From positions 68,324 to 132,323 of the forward strand of contig CAWFKQ010000006.1 of assembly GCA_963816395.1 (NCBI GenBank): a DNA stretch of 64,000 bases, written 5' to 3'. This document shows positions 21,783 to 31,633 of the stretch, in pieces. The notes beneath the pieces are model-generated. The model saw nothing but the letters and a program-made list of their open reading frames with translations. It did not search any database and was not told where the DNA came from. Within the stretch, counting starts at the first letter, position 1. The number at the start of each line of letters is the position of its first letter. A program made the translations under genes and the position numbers. The stretch is from an uncultured delta proteobacterium. GTDB taxonomy: Bacteria; Desulfobacterota; Desulfuromonadia; Desulfuromonadales; JACZKF01.

Positions 21783-23480
21783 TCAGACCTCCTCCTGGGT
21801 CACCCGCAGTACCTCCTCGATGGAGGTCTCGCCGGCCAGGGCCAGGGCCAGTCCCGAATCGCGCAGGGTCTTCATCCCCTTTTTCACGGCGGCGGATTTG
21901 ATGCTGCCGGCATCCTTGTTCTGCAGCAGCAGGTCGCGCACCTGTTCATCCACCGGCAGCAGTTCGTAAATCCCGGTACGGCCGCGGTAGCCGATCCCCA
22001 GGCACTGCGGGCAGCCGGCGCCGCGGTAGAAGGCGGCATCGGCGGGGACGACTCCGGCCAGCCCCATCTCGCGGATCGTCTCCGGGCTCGGGCGGTAGGC
22101 TTCCCGGCAGTTCGGGCAGATCTGGCGCACCAGGCGCTGGGCGAGGATGCCGACGATGGAGGAGGCGGCGAGGAACGGCTCCACCCCCATCTCCACCAGG
22201 CGGGTCAGGGCGCCGGCGGCATCGTTGGTATGCAGGGTGGAGAAGACCATGTGACCGGTGAGGGCCGACTGCACGGCGATCTCCGCCGTCTCCCCGTCGC
22301 GGATCTCGCCGACCATGATGATGTCCGGGTCCTGGCGCAGGATGGAGCGCAGCCCGGCGGCGAAGGTCAGGTTGATCTTCGAATTGACCTGGATCTGCCC
22401 TACTCCGGAGAGCTGGTATTCGATCGGGTCCTCGACGGTGATGATGTTCTTCTCCCGGCTGTTGAGGCGGGTCAGGGCCGCATAGAGGGTGGTGGTCTTG
22501 CCCGAGCCGGTGGGGCCGGTGACCAGGAAGATGCCGTGGCTCTTGCCGATCATCTGGCTGACCAGACGCAGCATCTCCGGGTTCATCCCCACGTCTTCCA
22601 GGGAGAGGACGCTGGAGGCCTTGTCGAGCAGTCGCATCACCACCCGCTCGCCGAAAGCGGTGGGAAGGGTGGAGACGCGCACATCGACGTCTTTGCCGGC
22701 GATGCGCACCCGGAAGCGGCCGTCCTGCGGCAGCCGCTTCTCGGCGATATTCAGGTTGGCCATGATCTTGATGCGCGAAGTGATGCTCGCCTGCGCTTTT
22801 GCCGGCGGCCGCAGAACCTCATAGAGGATGCCGTCGATGCGGTAGCGGGCGATCAGCTCCGACTCGAACGGTTCGATATGAATGTCGCTGGCCCGCTGCT
22901 TGTAGGCCTGGGTGATCAGACTGTTGACGAAGCGGATGATCGGCGCTTCGTCGGCGGCGTCGATCAGGTCGGCCGGCTCCAGGCTGCTGGCGAGTGGGTC
23001 GCCGCCGGCCTCGATGTCCTCGACGAAATCCTCGGTTTGGCCGGCCTGCCGTTCATAGCTGCGGTTGATGGCCCGCAGGATCTCCTCGGGGGTGGCCACG
23101 GCGATATCGAGACGGGTGCGGGTGAGGGCGGCCAGGTCATTGAGCGGCCGGGTATCGAGGGGATCGGAAACCGCCACCTGGATCCGCCCGTCGCTGCGGG
23201 CGATGGGGAAGATGCGGTATTCCTTGGCAAAGGAAATGGGGATAAGCTCGAGCAGTTCCCCGTTCGCCGCCTCGTCCGGGATGATCTGCAGGTATTGCAG
23301 CCCCTGCTGGTCCGCCAGGGCGCTGGCCAGCATGTCGGGGGTGATGGCCTTCATGCCCAGCAGGATCTCCCCCAGCAGCCTGCCGCTCGTTTCCTGGTTC
23401 TGCAGGGCCTCCTCGAGTTTGGCGTCGGCGAGGCCGTGGCCGGTCTGGAGGATTTCCCCCAGCAGTCTGCGTTCGGTCAT
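21783..23480 (-). CDS. gspE: type II secretion ATPase GspE
   Basis: Intact 565 aa. Walker A GPTGSGKTT, Asp box, Walker B and CPxC...CxxC zinc motif. Confidence 0.93.
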   Translation of the reverse strand: MTERRLLGEILQTGHGLADAKLEEALQNQETSGRLLGEILLGMKAITPDMLASALADQQGLQYLQIIPDEAANGELLELIPISFAKEYRIFPIARSDGRIQVAVSDPLDTRPLNDLAALTRTRLDIAVATPEEILRAINRSYERQAGQTEDFVEDIEAGGDPLASSLEPADLIDAADEAPIIRFVNSLITQAYKQRASDIHIEPFESELIARYRIDGILYEVLRPPAKAQASITSRIKIMANLNIAEKRLPQDGRFRVRIAGKDVDVRVSTLPTAFGERVVMRLLDKASSVLSLEDVGMNPEMLRLVSQMIGKSHGIFLVTGPTGSGKTTTLYAALTRLNSREKNIITVEDPIEYQLSGVGQIQVNSKINLTFAAGLRSILRQDPDIIMVGEIRDGETAEIAVQSALTGHMVFSTLHTNDAAGALTRLVEMGVEPFLAASSIVGILAQRLVRQICPNCREAYRPSPETIREMGLAGVVPADAAFYRGAGCPQCLGIGYRGRTGIYELLPVDEQVRDLLLQNKDAGSIKSAAVKKGMKTLRDSGLALALAGETSIEEVLRVTQEEV

Positions 23481-23486
23481 GCGCTC

Positions 23487-25669
23487 CTATTTCTCCACGG
23501 CCGGCTGCTCCGGGGTCTCTTCCGGGGGGGTAACGCCCGGTACTAGCAGCGGTCTTGGTTGCTCTATGTTGGTCTGCGGGACGTAAAGGCCCTTTTTGAA
23601 CTGTTCCATATCGGCGCGGCTGCGGTTGGTGACCGTCGCCAGATCACCGGGACTGCGCACAACCCGCGGGGTGATGAAGACCAGCAGGTTGGTCTTGCGG
23701 TTGGTGGTGCTCGTGTGCTTGAACAGCCAGCCGAGAACCGGGATATCGCCCAGCAGCGGCACCTTGGAGACGCTCTCCTGCTGGTTGTTGCTGATCAGGC
23801 CGCCGAGCACGACCGTCCTGCCGTTCTCGGCGAGGACGGTGTTGCGGATCGAGCGCTTGGTCAGGGTCGGGCCGACCTGGTTGACATCGCCGACGCTGGT
23901 TGGTGGCGATATCGGTGATCTCCTGCAGGACGTTCAGCCGCACCAGGTTCCCCTCGGTGATCTGGGGGGTGAAGCGCAGGGTCAGGGCGACGTCCTGGCG
24001 CTCGACGGTGACGCTCTGGGCCAGGCCGGTCGAGGCGCCGGTGTCGGTGAGGCGCTGGGTGATGATCGGCACGTTCTGACCGACGATGATCTCCGCCTCC
24101 TCATTGTCCGAGGTCAGCAGGCGCGGGGCGGAGAGGATGTTGACGTCCGAATCGGTCTTGGAGATATCGATCAGGGCCGAGAGGGCCGGGACGGTGATTT
24201 CCTTGCCGTCCGGACCGGTGACGGTGATCGGGTTGAAGATGCCGCCGAGCAGGATGCCGTTGAGCGTCTGGGTCAGCAGGCTGGGGACGGAGGACTCGCC
24301 GGACGGGGCGAGACTGGTCAGCCCGGCCTGCGTCTGGTTCAGGTTGCTGGTGCCGATGACGGCCCCGTCGGAACCGACGCTGAGCGCTCCCTGCAGGGAG
24401 GCGCCGAGCCTTTTGGTGGCGTCCATGGACAGCTCGAGGATCAGCGCCTCGACGAACACCTGCTTGCCGTTTGACGTCAAGCTGGGCGATGATCCCCTTG
24501 ATGGTGTCGTAATCCTCCGGCGTGGAGTTGACGATTAGGGAATTGGTCGGCTTGTCGGCGGTGATGGCCACCGACCCCAGTGCCTGCGGCTGCTGCCCGG
24601 CCGCCGCCGGTGTTCTGGCCGGAGCCGGCTGCCCCGGACGGGTGGCGGCGCCGCGTGGCTGGGCCTTGATGCCGGTAACGATCTGGTTGAGGGTGGTGGC
24701 CAGCGTCTCGGCGTCGGCGTTCTCCAGGTAGTAGACGTAGATGCCGGCGTGCTCCTGGGCCGGTTTCTTGTCGAGTTCCGCGACCAGGTGCCGGATCAGG
24801 TTCATATCTTCGGCAGTGGCCAGCACCACCACCGTGTTCGTGCGGGGGTAGGGAAGGACTTTGCTGGTTTCCGGCTGTCCCCCGGCGGTCTGCACATTGC
24901 GGGTCGCGCGCCGGCGCACCGGTGCAGCTGGCGTCCCCTGGGTAAGGATCTGGTTGAGCAGCGTCGCCAGTTCGGTGGCATCGGCGTACTGCAGGGGAAT
25001 GATTTCCATCAGGTCCGGGCCGTTGGAAACGTCCAGTTCCTTGATGATCTTCACCAGGCGGTCGATATTGGAGGCGTTATCGGTGATGATCAGGGTATTG
25101 GCCGGCGGATAGGCGACGATGCTGCTGGTCTTCGATACCAACGGCGCGATGGTGGTCGCAACCGTCGCGGCATCGGTGTTCACCAGGGGAATCAGGCGGG
25201 TGATGTATTCTTCCGCCGGGTGCGGCAGCGCCTTGGTGAAGGTCGGCAGATTGCTTTCTTTCGCGTCCCGGACGGGGATGACCTTGTTCACCTTGCCGGA
25301 GGGAACCACGGTATATCCCTTGACGGCGAGCACAGTGAGGAAGACATTATAGGCCTGGTCGAGACTCATCGGCTCGGGGGAGATGACGGTCGCCTTGCCC
25401 CTGACCGTTTCATCGTAGATGAAATTTTTTCCGGTCAGTTCGCTGATGGTTTGGATCAGATCAGTCAGCTCAATATCCTTGAAATTGAGTGATACCTTGC
25501 CGCCCTTGGGCAACTTGGCCGGTCTGGCCTCGACCGGTTTTGTCGGCGGCTTTTCCGCCTCTGGTGCCGATGGTGGTGCTGGGGCCGTCGGTTGCTGAGC
25601 GAAACCGGGGCCGGCAATGAACAGGCTCAGACAGACCAGGAGCCATACGCCAGGGAATTTTCCGCACAC
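23487..25669 (-). CDS. gspD: type II secretion secretin GspD (two apparent frameshifts near 24466 and 23895)
   Basis: Fragments 24101..25669 (signal peptide, N0-N3 domains), 23644..24480 and 23487..23810 (secretin domain VPLLGDIPVLGWLFK) join. Confidence 0.9.
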
Positions 25670-25681
25670 AGGAGAGTCCTC

Positions 25682-26587
25682 CTAATTGATTTCATACTCA
25701 AAACTGAAACTGCTGCCGTTGCGCAGCAGGCCGATCGAAATATTTTTTGCTTCCCGCAATTGCTGGAAGACCTGCAGGGCCTTCTCGGGGCTGTCGAGCG
25801 CTACTCCGTTGATCTGCATGAGAACATCTCCCCGCTGAATGCCGAGGCCGGCCAGCAGGGAACGCGGCTGTATCATCCGTACGACGAAGCCCTCGGTCTT
25901 GCCGTTGACGATGTTCGGCTCCACCCGGGCCTGCTTGAGCAGCTCATTGATGTTGCCGCGCGCCTCTTCCGCCACTGACTGCGGAATAACCCAGCGGTTC
26001 TCGCCGACCGGCCGGATTTCCCCGGCGACCGGGTTGCCGGCGGGCGCCGCGGGCGCGGCGGGCGACCTCGCGGCGGCCCGTTTGTCCGGCGGGGCGGGCT
26101 CGGCAAAAAGGGAGAGCACCTGCAGCGACCCGTCGGGGCCGCGGATCTGCACCGACAGCCGGCTGATCTCCTCGAGTTGGCCGCCGCCTGGGACCTTGTC
26201 CCCCAGTCGATAGGTTTTCACCTCCTGGCCCGATTTGATGACGGCCAATGATCCTGGTCCCCGGGTGACGGTACCGAACAGGGTCAGATCGGTGCGGACC
26301 ACCGGTGTCGCCGCTGCTGTCGCTGCGCTGCCTTCCTCGGCGGTCAATGAGGCTGTCTGGCGAGCGGTGGAATCGAAGATGTTGCGCTCGAGGACCACCT
26401 GGAAATCGACCAGAGCGGAAGGCTTGGCCGCCTCCGGGCGTTCGCGGTCCAGGCCGCCGGCGGGCAGGATGGGGGGGCTGAGATAGATCCCGAGGGCGGT
26501 GGCGGCCAGGTGTCCCAGGGCAACGCCAAGCAATAGGGGGAGCAGAAGGTAAAACCCCCGGTAGTGTTTCTGAAGAAAGGAAGACAT
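25682..26587 (-). CDS. gspC: type II secretion protein GspC (TM plus C-terminal PDZ)
   Basis: N-terminal TM. PDZ-like GLGIQRGDVLMQINGVAL. First gene of the cluster. Confidence 0.75.
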   Translation of the reverse strand: MSSFLQKHYRGFYLLLPLLLGVALGHLAATALGIYLSPPILPAGGLDRERPEAAKPSALVDFQVVLERNIFDSTARQTASLTAEEGSAATAAATPVVRTDLTLFGTVTRGPGSLAVIKSGQEVKTYRLGDKVPGGGQLEEISRLSVQIRGPDGSLQVLSLFAEPAPPDKRAAARSPAAPAAPAGNPVAGEIRPVGENRWVIPQSVAEEARGNINELLKQARVEPNIVNGKTEGFVVRMIQPRSLLAGLGIQRGDVLMQINGVALDSPEKALQVFQQLREAKNISIGLLRNGSSFSFEYEIN

Positions 26588-26753
26588 CGGATTCTCGGCG
26601 GAAGGTACCGACTGTCGGTAAACGACAGTTGGAAAATGTTACCTGAACTTAATGCCTTTGTCAAAAGATGGAAAGGGCTAATTGCCAGTTTTTCCTGGCA
26701 AATGGAAGGTAATCCCGAAAGGCCGGCAAACCGGCATGACATGTTGGGATCGG

Positions 26754-26783
26754 AGTATAGCGCAGGGGGGGATCTTTATGCAA
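26754..26783 (-). promoter_or_regulatory. sigma70-like promoter for the gsp operon (TTGCAT, 18 nt, TATACT) with a C7 tract in the spacer
   Basis: Minus strand reads TTGCAT AAAGATCCCCCCCTGCGC TATACT. This would give a 5' UTR of about 160 nt. Confidence 0.4.
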
Positions 26784-26805
26784 GGGGGGGGCCTGGTGGG
26801 GGGGG
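26765..26805 (+). repeat. three long G homopolymers (G7, G8, G8) in the gspC/polA divergent region
   Basis: G runs at 26765-26771, 26784-26791 and 26798-26805, read directly. Confidence 0.8.
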
Positions 26806-26894
26806 CGGCCGCCTCGCGGAGTGAAGCTCTGCTTTGTATTTTCCCCCTCTTGTGAAATAATGGCGCCTTTGGAAAAACCTCAGCGAGGCAGTTC

Positions 26895-29570
26895 ATGACC
26901 GCTCAACCCAAGCGCCTGTATCTCATCGACGGCTCCGGCTACATCTACCGGGCCTATTTCGCCATCCGCCATCTTTCCAACTCCAAGGGGCTGGCGACCA
27001 ACGCCATCTATGGCTTCACCAACATGCTGCTCAAGGTGGTGCGGGAGGAAAAGCCCGATCATCTGGCGGTGATCTTCGATGCCAAGGGGCCTTCCTTTCG
27101 CAAAGAGATCTATCCCGCATACAAGGCCAACCGGGTGGCGATGCCGGACGACCTGGTGCCGCAGATTCCGCTGATCAAGGAGGTGGTGCGCGGTTTCCGC
27201 ATGCCGGCCATCGAGCTGGCGGGCTACGAGGCGGACGATATCATCGCCACCCTGGCCCGCCGCTTCACCGCCGAAGGGATGGAGATCACCGTGGTCACCG
27301 GCGACAAGGACCTGATGCAGATCGTCGGCGAGCGGGTGCGCCTGTACGACACCATGCGCGAGAAGTTCTCCGGCCTGCCGGAGGTGGCGGAGCGCTTCGG
27401 CGGCCCGCCGGAGAAGGTGGCGGACGTGCTCGCCCTGGCCGGCGACACCTCGGACAACATTCCCGGGGTGCCGGGAATCGGCGAGAAGACGGCGCGGGAG
27501 TTGATCGCCGAATTCGGCTCGCTGGAGGACCTGCTGGCCAATATCGACAAGGTGAAGGGGGCCAAACGGCAGGAGAACCTGCGCACCTTCGCCGACCAGG
27601 CCCGGCTTTCGCGGCAACTGGTCCTGCTGCGCGAGGACCTCCCCCTGGAAGTCGACTATGACGACTTCGCCCTCTCGGCGCCGGATCGGGAGGCGCTGAC
27701 CGCCCTGTTCAAGGAGATGGAGTTCCACAAGCTGCTGCAGGAGTTCTCGGCCGACACCCGCACCACCGGCGAAGGCTATCACTGCGTCTTCACGCCCGAG
27801 GCCTTTGCGGCGATGGTCGTGGAACTGGAGCAGGCCGGGCGCTTCTGCCTGGACACCGAGACGACCAGCCTCGATCCGCTGCGGGCCGAGGTGGTCGGAC
27901 TCTCTTTCGCCGTGCGACCGCACGAGGCCTGGTATGTCCCCCTGGCGCACCGCTACCTGGGAGTGCCGCAGCAGCTCGACCGGCAGACGGTGCTGGAGCG
28001 GCTGCGGCCGCTGCTGGAAGATCCCGCCGTGCCGAAATGCGGCCAGAACCTCAAGTACGACGTCCTGGTGCTGCGCCGGGCCGGCATTCGCCTGGCGGGG
28101 CTCGGCTTCGACACCATGATCGCCTCCTACCTGGCGCAGCCGGCGGCCAAGTCGCACTCCCTCGATACCATGGCCGCCGAGCTTCTCGGGCATCAGATGA
28201 TCACCTACGGCGAATTGACCGGCAGCGGCAAGAAGCAGATCGGTTTCGAGGAAGTCGAATGCGACCGGGCGGCCATCTACTCGGCCGAGGACGCCGACAT
28301 CACCTTGCGCCTGATGGAGAAGCTGGCGCCGAGACTGGCCGAGACCGGCCAGGACAAACTCTTCCGCGAGGTGGAGATGGCGCTGCTGCCGGTGCTCATC
28401 GACATGGAATGGGCGGGGGTGCGCATCGACCCGGTCTTCCTGCGGCAGCTCAGCGGCGAACTGGCGGCGAAGCTGACGGCCCTGGAGACGAAGATCCACG
28501 AGATGTGCGGCGGACCGTTCAATATCGGCTCGCCCAAGCAGCTCGGGGAGGTTCTTTTCGGCCGGCTGAAGCTGGCCCGCGGCAAGCGCACCAAGACCGG
28601 CTGGTCCACCGATGTCGAGGTCCTCACCAAACTGGCCGAGGAGCACGAGGTCTGCGCCCGCATCCTCGACTACCGCTCCCTGGCCAAGCTGACCAGCACC
28701 TACACGGACAACCTGCCCAGGCTGATTCATCCCGGAAACCGGGCGCATCCACACCTCCTTCAACCAGACGGTGACCGCCACGGGACGGCTCTCCTCCAGC
28801 GACCCCAACCTGCAGAACATCCCCATCCGCACCGAGGAGGGGAGCCGCATCCGCGAGGCCTTCATCCCGGCCGAGGGGAACCTCCTGCTCTCCGCCGACT
28901 ACTCACAGGTGGAACTGCGCATCCTCGGCCACCTGGCCGCCGAGCCGGCGCTGGAGGAGAGTTTCGCCCGCGGCGAGGATATTCACCGGCGTACCGCCAG
29001 CGAGATCTTCGGCGTCTTTCCCGACCTGGTCACCGCCGAGATGCGCCGGCAGGCGAAGACGATCAACTTCGGCGTTATCTACGGGATGAGCGCCTTCGGC
29101 CTGGCCAAGGAACTGGGGATCGGCCGCCGCGAGGCGCAGGACTACATCGACAGCTACTTCGCCCGCTACCCGAAAGTCAAGGAATTCATGGACCGCAAGG
29201 TCGCCGAGGCGCGGGAGAAGCAGTTTGTCACCACCCTGCTCGGCCGGCGCTGCGCCATCCCGGAAATCCTCAGCCGGAACGGCGCGGTGCGCGCCTTTGC
29301 CGAGCGCAACGCCATCAATTACCCGATCCAGGGCTCGGCCGCCGACATCATCAAGGTAGCGATGGTCAACGTCCACCGGCGCCTGCAGCGGGAAGGGCTG
29401 GGCGCCCGCATGGTCCTGCAGGTGCATGACGAACTGGTCTTCGACGTTCCCGAGGCGGAACTGGCGGCGGTCACCGCCCTGGTCCGCGAGGAGATGGAAG
29501 GAGCCGTGCGGCTCGATGTCCCCCTGGTGGTCGACATCGGCACGGCCGCAACTGGCGCGAGGCGCATTGA
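26895..29570 (+). CDS. polA: DNA polymerase I (apparent frameshifts near 28733 and 29544)
   Basis: ORFs 26895..29429 and 28771..29586. 5'-3' exonuclease, 3'-5' exonuclease and polymerase motifs present (RRQAKTINFGVIYG, QVHDELVF). The canonical end GRNWREAH-TGA is recovered by a 1-nt shift (TGA 29568-29570). Confidence 0.9.
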
Positions 29571-29640
29571 AGCAGTGAGGCAGTAAGTAGTGTAGATAGT
29601 GAGGTAGTAAAAACTATCGCACTACCTCGCTATCTCGCTT
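29571..29640 (+). repeat. GTAG-rich periodic repeat/hairpin element right after the polA stop
   Basis: AGCAGTGAGGCAGTAAGTAGTGTAGATAGTGAGGTAGT ... ACTACCTCGCTATCT. Has a 15-bp inverted repeat, 29594-29608 / 29621-29635 (one G-U pair). Confidence 0.75.
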
Positions 29641-29659
29641 GTTTTCACCACGTGAAAAC
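29641..29659. promoter_or_regulatory. perfect inverted repeat GTTTTCAC-cac-GTGAAAAC (possible operator)
   Basis: 8-bp arms read directly. Located about 50 nt upstream of the oxidoreductase ATG, next to AT-rich sequence. Confidence 0.3.
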
Positions 29660-29706
29660 GATAGAATTATTCTAATTATTTTCATTGCGATCTTCTGGAG
29701 GAGAGA

Positions 29707-30573
29707 ATGATCAAGGACATCGGATTCATCGGCCTGGGGACGGTCGGCCGGCACATGGCGGCCCATCTGGCCCGGGGGGATTACCGGCTGACGGTATACG
29801 ACCGCCATCCGGCGGAGGTGGGGGAACTGGAACAGCTGGGTGCGAAGCCGGCGGCCACCCCCCGGGATGCGTCCCGGGGAAATGACCTGGTGGTCGTCAT
29901 CCTGCCCGAGAAAGAGGAAATGGAGGCGGCCCGGGGCGGCGAAGAGGGATTTCTGGCCGGTCTTGTCCCCGGAACCATTCTGGTCGACATGGGTACCCAC
30001 TCCCTGGAGGCCACCCAGGGGCTGGCCGCCGAAGCCGTTGCCCGCCGGGTACTGTTCCTCGATGCGCCGGTCTGGGGGACCAAGGAGCACGCGGCCAACG
30101 GCCTGCTGACCCTCCTGGTCGGCGGCGACCCGGCCCTGCTCAGCCGCTGCCGGGAAGCTTTTTCCCGCTTCTGCCTGAACATCATCCATGTCGGGCAGGT
30201 TGGGGACGCGACCCGGATGAAGTTCGTCGTCAACCTGATGCAGGCCGAACTCATGCAGGCCCTGGCGGAGGGGCTGGTCCTGGGGGAGAAACTCGGCTTC
30301 TCTGCTGAAAAAGTCCTCGAGGTTCTTGATTCCGGAGGGGTGGCTTCGCCGCTCTTCCATGCCAAGGGGCGCGCCATCGCCCGCGGCGATTTCAGCCGCA
30401 ACCTGGCCCTGAAGTACGTGCATGAGGGATTGCTGCTGGTCATGGAGGCCATTGCCAAGGACAACCTCAAGCTTCCCGCTGCCGAGGCCGTGTGCCGTAC
30501 CTTCGAACAGGCGGTGTGCGACGGCCGCGGCGAGGAGGACTTCTCGGCGGTTATAAAGACGCTGTGGTCGTAG
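29707..30573 (+). CDS. NAD(P)-dependent oxidoreductase, 3-hydroxyisobutyrate/beta-hydroxyacid dehydrogenase family
   Basis: IGFIGLGTVGRHMAAHL Rossmann motif. 288 aa, typical length. GGAGGAGAGA SD. Confidence 0.8.
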   Translation: MIKDIGFIGLGTVGRHMAAHLARGDYRLTVYDRHPAEVGELEQLGAKPAATPRDASRGNDLVVVILPEKEEMEAARGGEEGFLAGLVPGTILVDMGTHSLEATQGLAAEAVARRVLFLDAPVWGTKEHAANGLLTLLVGGDPALLSRCREAFSRFCLNIIHVGQVGDATRMKFVVNLMQAELMQALAEGLVLGEKLGFSAEKVLEVLDSGGVASPLFHAKGRAIARGDFSRNLALKYVHEGLLLVMEAIAKDNLKLPAAEAVCRTFEQAVCDGRGEEDFSAVIKTLWS

Positions 30574-30639
30574 TAGAGGCCTGATACGGCGGTAAGGCAG
30601 GGGGCGCCCGGACGGAGGCGCCTCTGCCGCCTTCGCATT

Positions 30640-31558
30640 TTGCTCACGGTGTTTATGCTGAATTTCCTGCCGCCGCTGTTCCGGGGCGGGCTGACCTTCT
30701 GCCTGCTGTTTCTCAATAGCGTGTTCTGGTGTCTGCCCTTTATTCCCGGCGCCCTGCTCAAGCTCCCGCCGCATGCCGGCTGGCGGACCGGCTGCACCGC
30801 TCTGCTGCGGCGGCTGGGTGATGGCTGGATCGCCGGCGTCAACCTGATCGTTCGCCGGACCCTGCCGACCACCTGGGATATCAGAGGCGCCGGTTGACCT
30901 GAGCCGGTCGGAAAGTTACCTCCTGCTGGCCAATCATCAGTCTTGGGTCGATATTTTCGTCCTGCTGCGACTCTTCGACCGGCGCATCCCCTTTCCTGTC
31001 TTCTTCGTCAAGAAGGAGCTGCGCTGGCTGCCGCTGCTCGGCGTGGCCATGTGGGCACTCGATTTTCCCTTTGTCGAGCGCTATCCGCAGGCGATGGTCG
31101 AGCGTCGGCCGCAACTGCGCGGCCGGGATCTGGAGACCGCCCGGCGGGCCTGCGAGAGCTATCGGGAGTTGCCGGTGACGCTGGTCAACTTTGCGGAGGG
31201 AACGCGTTTTACCCTCGACAAGTATCGCCGCCAGGGATCGCCCTATCGGCACCTGCTGCGCCCCCGGCCGGGCGGCGCCGGCGTGGTCCTGACCACCCTC
31301 GGCGAGCGCCTGGCGGCCATTCTCGACGTCACCATCGCCTATCCGGATGGCCCCCCCCGTTTTCGGGATTTTCTTGCCGGGCGCGTGCCTCGGGTGATTG
31401 CCCGAGTGCGGCGGCGGAGAGTGCCGGCGGACCTCGCCGGCGACTATCAGGGGGATGCCGTCCTCCGCCAGCGGTACCGTGCCTGGCTGGAAAATATCTG
31501 GCTCGACAAGGACCGGCAGATTGACCATCTTTTGCGCGAAGAGGTCGCTGGCGGCTAA
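30640..31558 (+). CDS. YihG/PlsC-family acyltransferase (apparent frameshift near 30890)
   Basis: ORFs 30640..30897 (TM N-terminus) and 31043..31558. The joining frame reads LLANHQSWVDIFVL (HX4D motif). NFAEGTRF also present. Confidence 0.75.
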
Positions 31559-31633
31559 GCGAACTCGCCAGTTCCCACCCGGAGTTTCCGAGCTGGCAAC
31601 CAAGCTGGCGCTGTTCTTTTCCCTCGGAATCCC

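Noticed and set aside
21741-23546. 601-aa ORF antisense to gspE
   Set aside because: Shadow ORF. gspE on the other strand is intact, with Walker motifs.
26588-26753. c-di-GMP (GEMM-I) riboswitch in the gspC leader
   Set aside because: None of the conserved GEMM features I remember (the GGCAAA...GACGCAAAGCC core, tetraloop/receptor pair) could be found on either strand.
26880-28865. 661-aa ORF antisense to polA
   Set aside because: Shadow ORF opposite a gene with all Pol I motifs.
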